Notes: generated from the letters alone by a model not told the origin. Counted from the stretch's first letter, positions 36,926-49,632 are shown. The stretch: DNA of 64,000 nucleotides from Nemertoderma westbladi (GCA_032718475.1 JAUCBJ010006842.1:265980-329979); one strand, 5' to 3'. Program-made: numbers and translations.

Positions 36926-39558
36926 AGATGAAATGGAGTTTCCCGTCCAGCTTAATTCAGGGGCTGCATACAGAGACCACATAGTAAATACCCACTTTCC
37001 TAATTAACAGTCAATAATACTATTACTACATCAAATTCTTACAGAAAGTAACCTTCGGTTCCAAATTAATTGCTGATAATTATTTTATGGCAGTGCGGCG
37101 GAGTTGAGTTTTGTTGTTGTCTATAATAAACTAAATTTAATAATAATTCAGAATAACGCAGATCAGTGCGCAGTAGTGTGAAGTAGTGTGAAGTCGTGTG
37201 AAGTAGTGTGAAGGTTAATAAAGCATCTCCTAAAGAATGCGCCTTTTACGAAACTCAGTAGCCATCCAGTTGTGATTATTATAAGTCATAACTCTGTATT
37301 GATACTTAAAGCGCCACGTTCTGAAGGAACTGCTAATATTTCCCCGAAAGTAAATATATTGTCAGAGATTATATATTAACGATAAATCGAATAATACAGT
37401 AGGTCTACACTGCAATCACTATCAAAGCATCCGAATCCAGTCTCCCTTAACTGTGGGTGAATGGTCGCGCACAGGCTCGCTTCGGCTGATGTACCTTCAG
37501 TACATTAAATAAATGATATACAAAAAGACACCTAAAATTGGCAGGTTAAACTGCTAAAGGTCTAAAAGCGCGAACACACAGTAAAAAATATCTTGAAAAA
37601 AAGGTAGGCCTAAAAAAATACTCATGAAAAAGATTCCATAAAAAATAAATAGGTACGGTACTGACTGACTGACTGACTGACTGTTAAAGAAAAAAAACAC
37701 CCCACGTGCCACGTGGCCCAGGGCTGCCATCCACCCCATGACATTTGCGGCGACATGCTGACATGGCATTCGCAGTGAGACACCTCGCCGCAAAGTCACC
37801 TCGCCGCACATTATCTGCGGCGAGGTGACCTGCTGATAAGTAGCAGTGCGGCGAGGTGACCAGCACCTGTGTGAGTGTGTAGGCCTAGGCTATCCTACAA
37901 AGTACAGAAGTACGGTACCTAGGCCTTCTTCGGTAGGGATTAAGCATTTATTTATCTATTTATTTATTTAGCTTAGGCCTATTTCAGTGTATTTACAGTA
38001 ACAGAGTAAGTTGAGCATACATGTCTGCCGGTAGCCGGTATAACATCAGGAAACATCCCACAACTGCACAATGTACATGTAGGCCTAAGTACAAGCCACA
38101 ATGTAAAAAACAAGCACCACACAACACAATACCAGCAGAGTACTGGAGTCAGGGAGTAGTATTAATAATTAAGGTAACATCTATACAGTGTTAGACAGGC
38201 TGACAGGCAGCCAATGATAAATCATTAAAAAAAATGCTGATCTGTGATTGGATTTGATGCAATTGAGGCTAATCATTGTATTGGTTCTTCCAGTCTAATC
38301 TAATTAGACTGAACTAGGAATGGAATAGACTGGAAATGTTGGTGCATATAGAAATTAGACTGATCTAACTCTAGACTGAGTCTACACTAATTAGTGAACT
38401 AATTAGACTCATTCTATTCTAAATTGGTGCATATCACCCCAGGTTCAAGAATCTGGTTAAATATCGCCGGAGACACCTTCGCAACGCAAACGCTTGTAGC
38501 TAAGATTGAAAGCAAAAATAAAAATTCTGGCTCACCCATGGACGAACCTTCAGAGGTGAAACTATTTATGTTTCAAATGTCATGCAATCTCATTAAGATT
38601 TGTAGAAAAATTTGGGGGGAGGGGGTCCAGGTACATGAATAACAACACTATATTCCAGGACATGTTGTAAAGGCAGGCAGTGCAAAGACATTATTTCACA
38701 CATGATGCAAGATGTGTACTGACAGTAGTGCCGAGAATAAAGTAACGGAATATAGTTCTATTCTAGAACGGAACAGGTACTCAACTAGGATTATCAGAAA
38801 TTCCGCATGCAAAGTAAAAGGTAAACTTAATAATCAGTTGGTGCAGAATAGGGTTAAAGATATTGAAAAAGCGTACCTCTGCCATATGAAGTGGGGCTAA
38901 CTGAAAAAGTAGAAAAATTATGTAGGAATTACAACGTTAATACATATTTTAAAAGAGTTAGGAACCATGGACTTCTAGAATATTATTTATACCAGGACTG
39001 GAAACTAGGTAGCTAGCTATAGGCAAAATAAAAAAATACCAGTTGAGGCTTACTTATATTAATTACTGCCAATAGTAATAATTGTGAACATGATATACAC
39101 GTTTTTGGTGATTATTATATAGGTTATAATTAATTTTCATATTTTTGTACATAGTAAGAAGTTTACTTAAATAAATTATTATTGTTTGATCTATAGGCCT
39201 AAAGGTGCATTCACATAACGTATGTGTATGTAATGGTAGCAGCGATGCAAATATCAATTAGTCAGTCGTTAGCCACATTATATCAAGACATACACATACA
39301 CAATATACACATACACTATCACACCCACATACACATACACATACACATACACACCAACATATGTTATGTGAACGCACCTTTATACATTCCATAAAATAAA
39401 TTGATAAATATATTATTGACAATGACAACATGACATGTATTACTGAAGTAAATTAGAAGACAAAAACAGCAATTAGGATACTATATCCTAATTCTAGAAT
39501 AATTAGTACGGGACGTAACATCCTGTACGATGGGAATATCAGCAATTTAATATTACAA

Positions 39559-41280
39559 CTACTTACTACTACTAGGTCGAGCGAACTTGGACAGTGGAAA
39601 TTAGATCCTTCCAGGCTTCTCGGTTCTCCCTACTTGTCGCAATTTCGTTTCTCTCAAGTTCAGTGTCCATTTCAACTGGTCTATATATGTTATAGCTGAT
39701 CTTCCACGGGTACGCTTTCCATGTGTTGGTTGTCAGAAAATTCTGGTATGACTTTGTTCTTTACTTCTGCAGCAGTGCCACTGAATCATAATCTGTTCAG
39801 GTGGGGTGGTTGATACAGGTGGTATTATACCAGAGCTGCTTGGCGTTTGTCATGTGTTGTCTCCAGCTGATGGTTAGGGCTGCCCTTAGTAGTCTTGTGT
39901 AGCAACCATCAATTCGTTGTTCATGTGATTTCATCAGTGTCCAGGTTACACCCCCGTATAAAAGTACACTTTCCACTGTGGCTCGAAAGAAATTGGTGTC
40001 AGATGGTATCCATTTTTGATAGAGCCACCCATCCATGCATTTGGTTTCCTAACTTCTATGTCTTTTTGCTACTATCTATCCATGACCAAAAGTACTGGAA
40101 GTCGTCAACCTTCTTTAGTTGATTATTATAAATTGTTGTCAAGTTTTAATCAGCATTAAAAGTCACGAATTCGGCCTTTGTTGCATTTATATGCAATCCA
40201 ACCAACCTCCTTAGAAGCCCTCACCACTTTATTAAGTAGAAGCTGTGCATCTGCTATTGTATTAGAGAGCAGGGTGATGTAATCCGCTCAGACGGTGTCT
40301 GTGACTGTAGTTGCTGGTTATCTACTACCTCTGCATTCTTGTAGTGTGAATCCCAGATCTTCACCCTTTGTGGCCATCCTCATTGCATAATCGAGTACAA
40401 TTACAAATAGTAATGACGCCAATATGTCACCCTGCAGTACACCAGCAAGGATTGAGAAGAACTCAATTTCACCATCTGGTGAGAGTACCTAAGCTTCTGT
40501 ATCACAATATAACAATCCAATGCCAGCGACAATTACTTCTGGTATTCCTTAAGCTCTTATGATTTCCCACGTTTTACCTCTATAGATGGAGTAGAATGCT
40601 TTCTCGAAGTCCACAAAGTCAGGACTGCGGGGAGATCTTTGACTTAATTCCCTCAATCAGTCTCCGTAGTGCAAGTATCTGAGCTAGTGTTGATCTATTT
40701 GGTCGAAATTCGTTTTGGTTTTGATGCAACAGTATCTCTATGTGAGGCCTAATTCTATATAGAATCATTTTGTTGTACATTTTGGCAGCTACCACAAGCA
40801 GACAGATCTCATGATAGTTTGTTGGCATACTGAAGTCTCCTTTCTTGGGTGTGAGGCATTAGTTGACCTTTAATCCAAAATGGTGGTGGCTTTTCCCCTT
40901 TCAGCATCTGGTTGCAAACATCCAATAATGGTCTGTTTAGCACTCCTGTTTTCCATACCTCTTCTGCAGGGATTTCATATAATCCACTTGTGTTAAGATT
41001 GGACATGCTTTTTAATGCTTCTTTGGAGTTCGGCAGGTGTGAAAGTCCCTGGTTTCTATAGGTAGCATCTTGTCATATATTTTCCTTGTAGGGCTGACCT
41101 CGGTGTTTGGTGGCTGCCCAAGTAAGTTGCTGAAGTGATCTTTCCATTTCCCAACACGTTCTTCAGGACTATCAGCTTTGAGGCGTCCCTTAACACAACT
41201 TTTCCGACCAGATACCTCATTGATACCTCCTTGATTGTTGCTGTATGTGAGCAGTTGTAATTTCTTCACTTTTATCGTGT
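39559..41280 (-). mobile_element. RTE family A LINE, degraded and 5'-truncated
   Basis: Reverse-complement homology to 1-1163; (TAG)n-type tail at 39559-39574; RT fragments such as QNEFRPNRSTLAQILALRRLIEG. Confidence 0.9.
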
Positions 41281-42343
41281 ATGTACTTCACACTGCTGTC
41301 TGTGCAGTTTTATCGCAGGGCTGGGTTTGTTCCAACCTGATAAAACGGTTGTTATTTAGGGAGTAACTATATTACAATTTTCATCTTTAACATTTTATTT
41401 TGAAATAGCAGTCGCCTAAAACCAGATGCAGTGCCGACTGCATGCTATAGATCGAAAGATGGCACACTCGGAAACCTCAACCACAGGTGCAAAATATATC
41501 AAAGAACAAGAAATACTATACAATTCTATAGTACATTAGTAATCATATAGTCATATCATATAGTACATCAGTAATTTATTAAAAAATGGTTGCATATTTG
41601 AGATTAGGTGAGTTCCTTTGGATATATGGTTAGTGATCTCATAACTTGAGCGACTTTCATTTGTTTGGGGTTAGGGTTAGTGCCAAGGGGAACTTGAGTT
41701 AAAGGGAGATCCGTTGGAGTTGGGGTTACTAGAAAAGAAAAATGGTCAGATATATTATATTTTGCAAAATATGTATGTATTGTTCTAGAACATCAACATA
41801 ATGCCAAAAAAGTTCAAACAGGTGGAACCGCTGCCGAATTATTTAATATATGTAATTATGTATTGTATATATATACAAAAATAATAATACTGTTGCTTAG
41901 ATACAGGTAATAATGGCAGGTGTTGTACTATATTTACAGTGCATGTAACTGTGATAACTAGCCAGTGATAATGTAATTATTCTTTTATATACCTAATATA
42001 CACCTTTTATAATTCTGTTATAAACCATGAATAGATTTTTACTTAAAAATAATGTTTTTCGATAACATTTTTGCAAAATCAATAAACTGCCTTGGAAGGC
42101 GTCCAGACTAGGGTGGTTTCCCTCTTTTTGTAATTATAAAAATATAATTTCTTACTGTGAAAATCGATAGATTATGTGGCCAATGTTGACTCCCATGACT
42201 CCACCTAGATATTGCGTATCTACACATATATGGAATTAATATCTCGATCGTGAACTTATTGTGCCGAGGTTAATTTGATGACTACATCTGAGATTGGGTC
42301 TGTCGTCGATGCCTCAAGTATGTCGACTGAATTATCATTTTTT

Positions 42344-43443
42344 CGTAATAAAATTCCTCTATGATAATAGGGAAGTCCACAAAACATTCGACTAAATACA
42401 AATTCTGTTGGAAATTTGTTCAGTTCCACTACATTGTGCAGAGCTCGAGATTCCATTGCACATACATAATGTGATTCGGTCACTTTATATGAACACCAAA
42501 TATAAAGAAGTGACCTCCCACCCAATCCAGTCATGGCCAACAATATGTTTCCCCCACAATTTTTTGGCAACGTCAATTATTTTGTTCTTCAATGATGGTT
42601 CGGAAAAACAATTTTCAACAAAATATCGAAATGGTAGATGTGCCCCGAGTAACTTCTCAAAGGTTAATCCGATATCGGTACGTGTCCACCTTCCTCCACG
42701 TCTTCCAATGCTTCAAAGAAATTATTCAGAATGATTTCGATAGAATCTGCTGCTGAATTAAAGTTTTCAGTTACATTGCTCGGTTTTTTACTACCACCCT
42801 CTTCATTTTTTGGAACACCTCTTTGTCGTTCAAATGAAAGGTCTTCGGATGACTTTCGCTTCAGCGACATTTTCTTAGCTACAGTATAATTGTGAGGAAA
42901 ACCCCCAACTACAAACCACGGACTCCAAACCACTGTCTCAAAACCATGGACTCCAATAGCTTTAAGTAGCAATACGTAATAGTTAATGTTCTAGTGTTAT
43001 GTACAAAATTCCGTTATTGGTAAATATATTGAGGCGGTACCAAAATATTTGTTACTATATTGAATGTATGAATAGAATGAATATTACTATAATGAATGTG
43101 AGGCGTATATTATCCACATGGATAGTGATGGTGAAACTCGCAAAAAGAACAATAATTATTGATTTATTAATGATGATACATATTTAAATAATTAATTAAT
43201 CTAGATCCCGTAAGTGATATGCCAGGCATACTGGTGTTGTCATCTGTGGCATGGATGTACAACATATTGCATGAGAAACGTCTGATGCAGACTCTTTGCA
43301 AAACTTGCATATACATCCGCTATCCAGCCGCCAGAAGAAATAAGTTGCTTTCCTTGTAAAGTTAGCAATGCAAATCAACTAATTACTATAATTAAACTAT
43401 GATTAGAAATATTAGTTTCTGTGGGAACTCAATTCAGCTAATC
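42344..43443 (-). repeat. Arm A of an inverted duplication carrying an unidentified decayed ORF
   Basis: Reverse-complement match to 45486-46258, apart from an insertion at ~43053-43380. Confidence 0.9.
43053..43380 (-). mobile_element. 3' fragment of an RTEX-like LINE inserted in arm A
   Basis: Absent from arm B. Encodes CICKFCKESASDVSHAICC, similar to CICRFCLQPAKNRYHALVC of the LINE at 22754-24812. Confidence 0.6.
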
Positions 43444-44119
43444 TACCTACATTATAAGCACAGGTAATACTTGTTCAGATCACAACCATATACCGAATTT
43501 TTGGGTCTGCAGAGTTAGACCTCTAGTGTGCACTAGCGATCTTGTTGGTCTTGTTAGTCGATCTGTAAACCTTAATGCCACCAAGGTTACAAGACGAGAA
43601 CTATTTCAGCCTATATTAGATTGGAAATTGGATTGGGGACTGAGCTATTTATTGGAGCCTTTTAAATGATAAAACCTGGGAAAACAAGGTTTTGACACAT
43701 CATGTTCGTAGAAATGAAATAGTATCCAGTGATCCAATAGATGAAGGTATATATGACACCCCTCACATATTCCTCATAAAATTCAATTATCCAAATGAGG
43801 ATAAGATATTTTTAGGGACGAAAGACACACAAGACAATAATTATCATCCCATTAAAATTGTTTCAAAAAATTATCTGACTGCGTGGCGTCCGAGGTATGA
43901 AAGGAGTAAGGAAGAGGATGTGGAATGGACTCTTATTATATATAGGAAGGGATCTAGGGGTCTTAACCTCGTATGATAAGTATATTTTACCGAAAATAAC
44001 TTATCTTTTATTGGCGCAATTGTAGGACTAATCCCATCACATGCGTACTTTTTAACCGGGTAGTATACAAATTTAGGAATCGCGTAATATTTAGAAATTA
44101 ATATCTCATATCTCTCCAA

Positions 44120-44162
44120 ACCACGTACACGTTTCGACCTTACTGGGTCTCATCAGCGTGGT
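44120..44162 (-). ncRNA. Minimal type I hammerhead ribozyme
   Basis: Minus strand reads ACCACG-CTGATGA-GACC-CAGTAA-GGTC-GAAAC-GT-GTA-CGTGGT: 6-bp stem I, intact CUGAUGA and GAAA core, 4-bp stem II, very short stem III, GUA cleavage triplet. Confidence 0.88.
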
Positions 44163-44222
44163 GTCGGATTCGAACCTGGGACCTCGAGGTGGAAGCCAAG
44201 ACTACAACCACTAGGCCACAGG
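44161..44222 (-). ncRNA. tRNA-derived Pol III promoter head (SINE-type, not a functional tRNA)
   Basis: Minus strand has A box TGGCCTAGTGG and B box GGTTCGAATCC at tRNA spacing; acceptor and anticodon stems pair poorly. Confidence 0.8.
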
Positions 44223-45485
44223 TTCTTGAGATATGGAGTATTAATTTCCAAGCCAGCTGCCATTTTATTAGCCCCTGATTGTTGATTATTGATAGTAACA
44301 ATGTGTTGGCAAGCTGTATTTATCGAGGTGTTTGTTATTATACATTTATTATATATAGGAAGGGATCTAGGGGTCTTGACCTCGAACGATAAGTTTATTT
44401 TACCTTTTACCTTTCATTTACACCTCGATAAATACAGCTTGCCAACACATTGTTACTATCAATAATCGAATGGACTCTTGTTATAGCCGAACCAAACACA
44501 GCAATATTCACCAGCTCTCTGAAGAAAGGCCCTAAGGTAACGTTAACTCTAGGCAATTTTTTCCAACTTATTTTTTTTTCAGTCGAAAAGAAATAATAGA
44601 GAGATAAAAATTCTAAAGCAAAATAAATAATTAAGTTATTTCTCAATTTTTACAATAATTTTATTTTTTGATAGTAGTTATGTAAGGCACTCTGGGGCAC
44701 AAGGAGCTGTCAGGCTAAAATAACCAACCATCCTATTGCAGTTTAATTTTGTCATTGATTTAATATCCATATGATGTAAGGCAATCGCTAAAATACCAAT
44801 TTACCATTACGATGATTATAAAAAATGTTATCATTGCAAAACAGTACACTTACAGAACATAACTGATTTTACAATACAGTACACTACAGTACAGTACAGT
44901 ACACTCTACAAAGTAGATGTATGTACATTTTAAGTGATTTATCTAATATCCATATAGTACAGTGTCTACATTATATTCACTAATTTTATTAATGACTCTT
45001 TTATCATATCAAAATTTGTACACCTTTTCCTGATATTTACCAGACTGACAAAATATGTCAGACTACATTAAAATTTCAACTACTTTTTTACACCGATTTA
45101 TCACAAATTAAATCATTTTCATATAATTTCGCCATGAGAATAATTGGTCAATTTCAATATCAATATTCAATTTCAATATTGCTTAAAAAATGCTTTTCCG
45201 AATAGTCCTGAATAGGACTGGCCTTTTATAAAATCAATTTTCTTTTGTGGTTACTATTCAGGTGCGGCTATTATTCAAATATTCCAGATTAGCTGCTGGT
45301 ATTATTGGGTGTTGTGATTATTCGAAGAACAAGCTCGAAATGCACTAGGCAGCGATGCCACCTGCAGGCGCAGTTTTTTTGTTCGATTCATGAAACAAAG
45401 AAATGGGTAGACTGGCAATCAAACAAGTCTCGAATATCGGGGCTCCATTTGTGATGTGCGGATGGTATGTCAGCCTATTATGCGG

Positions 45486-46258
45486 ATTAGCTGAATTGAG
45501 TTCCCACAGAAACTAATATTTATAATCATAGTTTAATTATAGTAATTAACAAATTTTTTGGTACCACCTCGATATATTTACCAATAACGGAATTTTGTAC
45601 ATAACACTACATACAACATTAGCTTTTACTTACAGCTACTTAAAGCTATTGGAGTCCGTGGTTTGGAGTCCGTGGTTTGGAGTCCGTGGTTTGGAGTCGG
45701 TGGTTTTCCTCACGGTTCTACTAGCTAAGAAAATGTCGCTGAAGTGAAAGTCATCCGAAGACCTTTCATTTGAACGACAAAGAGGTGTTCCAAAAAATGA
45801 AGAGGGTGGTAGTAAAAAACTGAGCAATGTAACTGAAAACTTTAATTCAGCAGCAGATTCTATCGAAATCATTCTGAATGATTTCTTTGAAGCATTGGAA
45901 GACGTGGAGGAAGGTGGACACGTACCGATATCGGATTAACCTTTGAGAAGTTACTCGGGGCACATCTACCATTTCGATATTTTGTTGAAAATTGTTTTTC
46001 CGAACATTCATTGAAGAAAAAAATAATTGACGTCGCCAAAAAATTGTGGGTGAAACATATTGTTGGCCATAACTGGATTGGGAGGTCACTTCTTTATATT
46101 TGGTGTTCATATAAAGTGACCGAATCACATTATGTATGTGCAATGGAATCTCGAGCTCTGCACAATGTAGTGGAACTGAACAAATTTCCAACAGAATTTC
46201 TATTTAGTCGAATGTTTTGTGGACTTCCATATTATCATAGAGGAATTGTATTACGAAA
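45486..46258 (+). repeat. Arm B of the inverted duplication
   Basis: Matches the reverse complement of 42344-43443; 14-bp TTGGAGTCCGTGGT tandem units precede the ATG at 45733. Confidence 0.9.
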
Positions 46259-46263
46259 TAAGA

Positions 46264-46731
46264 TCTCCGGAATAAAGATGGGACTCAAATAAACGACTCT
46301 CCAGTCTTTGTGGGATTATGCGGAATAGACTTATCAGTCATCGGAGATCTTCAAAATGTATAATCTCCAGTTCTAGTGGTCGTACGAAGTTCGTTTTGGG
46401 CTCATTCGAAAGCTCTTTTCTCAGTGACCACAGTTGGTTTGGTTAGGCAAACTCTTGAAAGCTGCCTGAGCAATCATAACTTGAACAAAATTTGTACAGC
46501 ATATTTTACCCAAATTCATGTTATGTTGCTTCACAACCATTTTATCTTATAGCAAATGGTAACTTTGTTCTCTGAGAAAAGAGCTTTCGAATGAGCCTAT
46601 AACAAACTTCGTACGACCACTAGAACTGGAGAATATACATTTTGAAGATCTCCGATGACCAATAAGTCTATTCTACGTAATCCCACAAAGACCGAAGAGT
46701 CGCTTCTTTGAATCCCGTCTTTATTCCGGAG
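46264..46731. mobile_element. Foldback/MITE-like element with ~160-bp inverted arms
   Basis: 46264-46424 pairs with 46572-46731 (TCTCCGGAATAAAGA...TCTTTATTCCGGAGA). Confidence 0.8.
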
Positions 46732-48346
46732 ACTTGAAGTTGTCTTATAAACAGATCAGTAGGTCCAATAATCATAAAAAAATATACCTTCTCAATTAAA
46801 ATTTTGTGCTCTTTCTCGTGGAGACATCCAATTGGAACCACTGAGCACAGAAATTTGCAGAAATTGAATGCAAACCCCAAACTTCACTGCATTTACTGAT
46901 ATCGTGATATATCGGAGCCAGTATCTTCTATCCCAGATATCTCGAAAACTAAGAAAGATATGGGAAAACGGTTTCCATATTTGGATTCAGCATGAAATTC
47001 TGCATTAGATAGAATTTGTTTCAAAAATTCGATTTTTCGCCATCCAGCTATATATAATATTATTATTGAAATATTGAACTAATTTGGCCTCTACTTTTAC
47101 ACCCCTTTGGTAAACTAAAGCCATTTTATTCGGAAGGAATACTCCACATCATTGGTGATCTTCACCCTAGAAAGGGCCAATGAAGAAAAATATGATTTTG
47201 GGTTAAATGCGTTTAAAGTGTTTGTTGTCAAAATTCAATTAAATGCCTTGTACATAAAGAACTGGAGGGAAATTCGATTCCAATTATGATCACAATGCTA
47301 TTAACTTTTCTACTTCAGTGTCATTTATTCTGTTGGCAGAATAATTATTAATATTATTTTATCATCATCGTCATAATTATTAACCAATAACAGACTCTTC
47401 GAAAGGCATAAACAAAGAACTTAAACGGCTTTCTAAATAAAATAAAACAATCCCCCTTCATTATTTACGCGCATGCAATTGTAATTTATATTAATTTATT
47501 AGCTAGCTGTTTTCATTTCCAAGGTCGCGTTGAATGCATAAGATTCCTGGTAGGATAACCACCCAGTCGCACTTGGTCCCTCTACTATGCCCGACCGGCA
47601 CTAATCGTGCCAGTCTACAGTGCGACCGACTATACCTAATCAACACCAGCCATTATTTTCCTTGAAAAGTACGAAAGAGATACTGTTAGATTTTTTTTCA
47701 TGTAATCCACCATTCTTATTCCACAAACAGGTTGTGAAGAAATAGCCAAGCCAATGATAATTTTTTAATAATTTCCTTTCAATATAATCCACAATGAATG
47801 TTACACTTTAATAATTCTACTGATTTGGATTTTGGGGCAGTAAGCATTACAAAATGCTTAAATTCGAATCACCCCCCCCCCCTCAACCCCAAACATCCCC
47901 TTTTAATTAAGCTAATTCGTACTATTCGAAAATTCTAAAAGCCATTCTCAATTCTCTTGCAATCTTGCTTTAATGTTCTATGCATTGTTGGTTGTTTCCT
48001 TCTTAAGAGTCAACTCTGATCAGTGAAACACTTTTAGACTGTCTATGTCACAGTCTATGACACGGGGGGGGGACTTAAATTAGGTTTTTGTTGAGTTTGA
48101 TATAGGATAGATATATAGTATTATGTACTGTGCAATATTTGTGTACTGTATGTAACATTTAGTAGTTATAGTGTTGATGGTGTGTTGTAGGTTATGCAAT
48201 ATATTTGTACTGTATACAACATTTCGTACTTATACCTGTTGTTACCGTACTGTGCAAAACTGTAAGTAGCGGTTGTATGTGTTTTTGTAATTTGTAGATT
48301 ACAGGATTATTACAGTATTAGCGTTCTATTCTATTAGCTTTCATTA

Positions 48347-48706
48347 GGTTGCTACAGAAGACTACTAAGACTACTGTAAGGGCAGCCCTAAACATCAGCT
48401 GGAGACAACACATGACAAACTCTATTGGTACTATACCCACTGTATCAACCACCCTCCATGAACGCAGATTAAGATTCAGCGGGCACTGCTGGAGAAGTAA
48501 AGAGGAGGTCATACCAGATCTGCTTTCTGGGAAACCAACACATGGAAAGCGTACCCGTGGATGACCTATATATAATATATATAGACCAACTTGAAAGGGG
48601 TACTGAACTGGAGAGAAACGAAATTGCGACAACTATGGAGAATCGGGAAGCCTGGAAGGATCTCATTTCCACTGTCCAAGTTCGCTCGACCTAATAGTAG
48701 TAGTAG
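48347..48706 (+). mobile_element. RTE family A 3' fragment with (TAG)n tail
   Basis: Matches 780-1160 and ends GCTCGACCTAATAGTAGTAGTAG. Confidence 0.9.
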
Positions 48707-49632
48707 CTATTTTAATCTGAACGACAGACTACACTACCTGAAGAGGATGATGCCTAAGGCTCTCAGTGCTGTTCATGTTCAACTAATTTTGTAGTGACAA
48801 ATTAACTAAACCCAAATAAATAAATATAAATGACAGACAGTTATCAGACAGTTAACTAATTATTGCCAGGTTAACCAATTTTGAGGAGTTTATTTAAATA
48901 ATAGTTCAACTATTCGATAATTCAACTAAAACTTAACTAAATACCAAAATTTGAATATTTCAAGTAACCATAGTACAGTTGTTATTGACGTTTCGCAACA
49001 CCCCACAAAATATATTGAGTATATGGCTTTTCATATGATTAGCACAATGTTAACTTAACAATGGGTGCTATTACTTGTTATTGTTTACAAAGTATTCTAT
49101 CAAGACTCTCAACGAGATGGTTCAGAACAGTCAAAGGACAAGGGGACATTAAAAAAAAACCGTCAATCAAACAAACAAACATCAAACGTTTAGAGAACTT
49201 GAAAATTATTTATTTATTGCAATAAAGGCTTAATGTATTTATTAGAAAATAAGGAATTTTGCAGGTTTACACCGTGAGTGGGACTTACTAAATTTGAAAC
49301 TTGTTAGGTACACTGGCTCAGAGGGATCCTGCTTTCAGCTTTCGGAATGTGTTCGATTTTCGTTTAAAGTCAACTATTAAAAAAACAGTTAACTAACTAA
49401 ATTCGCAGTGAAAAGTTAAATAAAACCACTTGAACTAAATAACATCAAATGTGAACTTAACTAGTTAAACAGCACTGGCCTAAGGCAAATGAATATGTTG
49501 CATTGCTGCAGTTAGTACTGTTACGATTTATATTGTTATTACAGATCTTTATAATACATGGAAATTATAATCTAACTAATGTAAATATAAAATAAGAATA
49601 ATATGTAGGCCTAAGCACTTTTATTTTGTGAA

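Larger units (their letters stand above)
34503..38439 (+). mobile_element. PIF/Harbinger DNA transposon
   Basis: 16-bp TIRs GGGTGGTATGCACCAA and TTGGTGCATATCACCC (one mismatch); 3-bp TSD CAG (CWG type); subterminal CTAATTAG/TAGACT repeats; internal transposase. Confidence 0.93.
33359..38667. mobile_element. TA-flanked palindromic long-TIR MITE carrying two nested insertions
   Basis: TA|CACCATGTCCTGGAATATAGTG at the left end and CACTATATTCCAGGACATGTTG|TA at the right end; diverged arms of ~420 bp. Confidence 0.75.
43941..44467 (-). mobile_element. Non-autonomous tRNA-headed, hammerhead-bearing retroelement with Penelope-like repeat layout
   Basis: tRNA head plus hammerhead; direct repeat 43933-43991/44347-44405; inverted repeat 44285-44332/44420-44467; flanking GAATGGACTCTTRTTATA at 43923 and 44468. 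Confidence 0.7.

Noticed and set aside
41669-41681. GGGTTAGGGTTAG telomere-like repeat
   Set aside because: Only two units, which is within chance expectation.
44161-44222. Possible genuine tRNA gene
   Set aside because: A and B boxes are present but the acceptor and anticodon stems do not pair properly, so it is treated as a SINE-type head.
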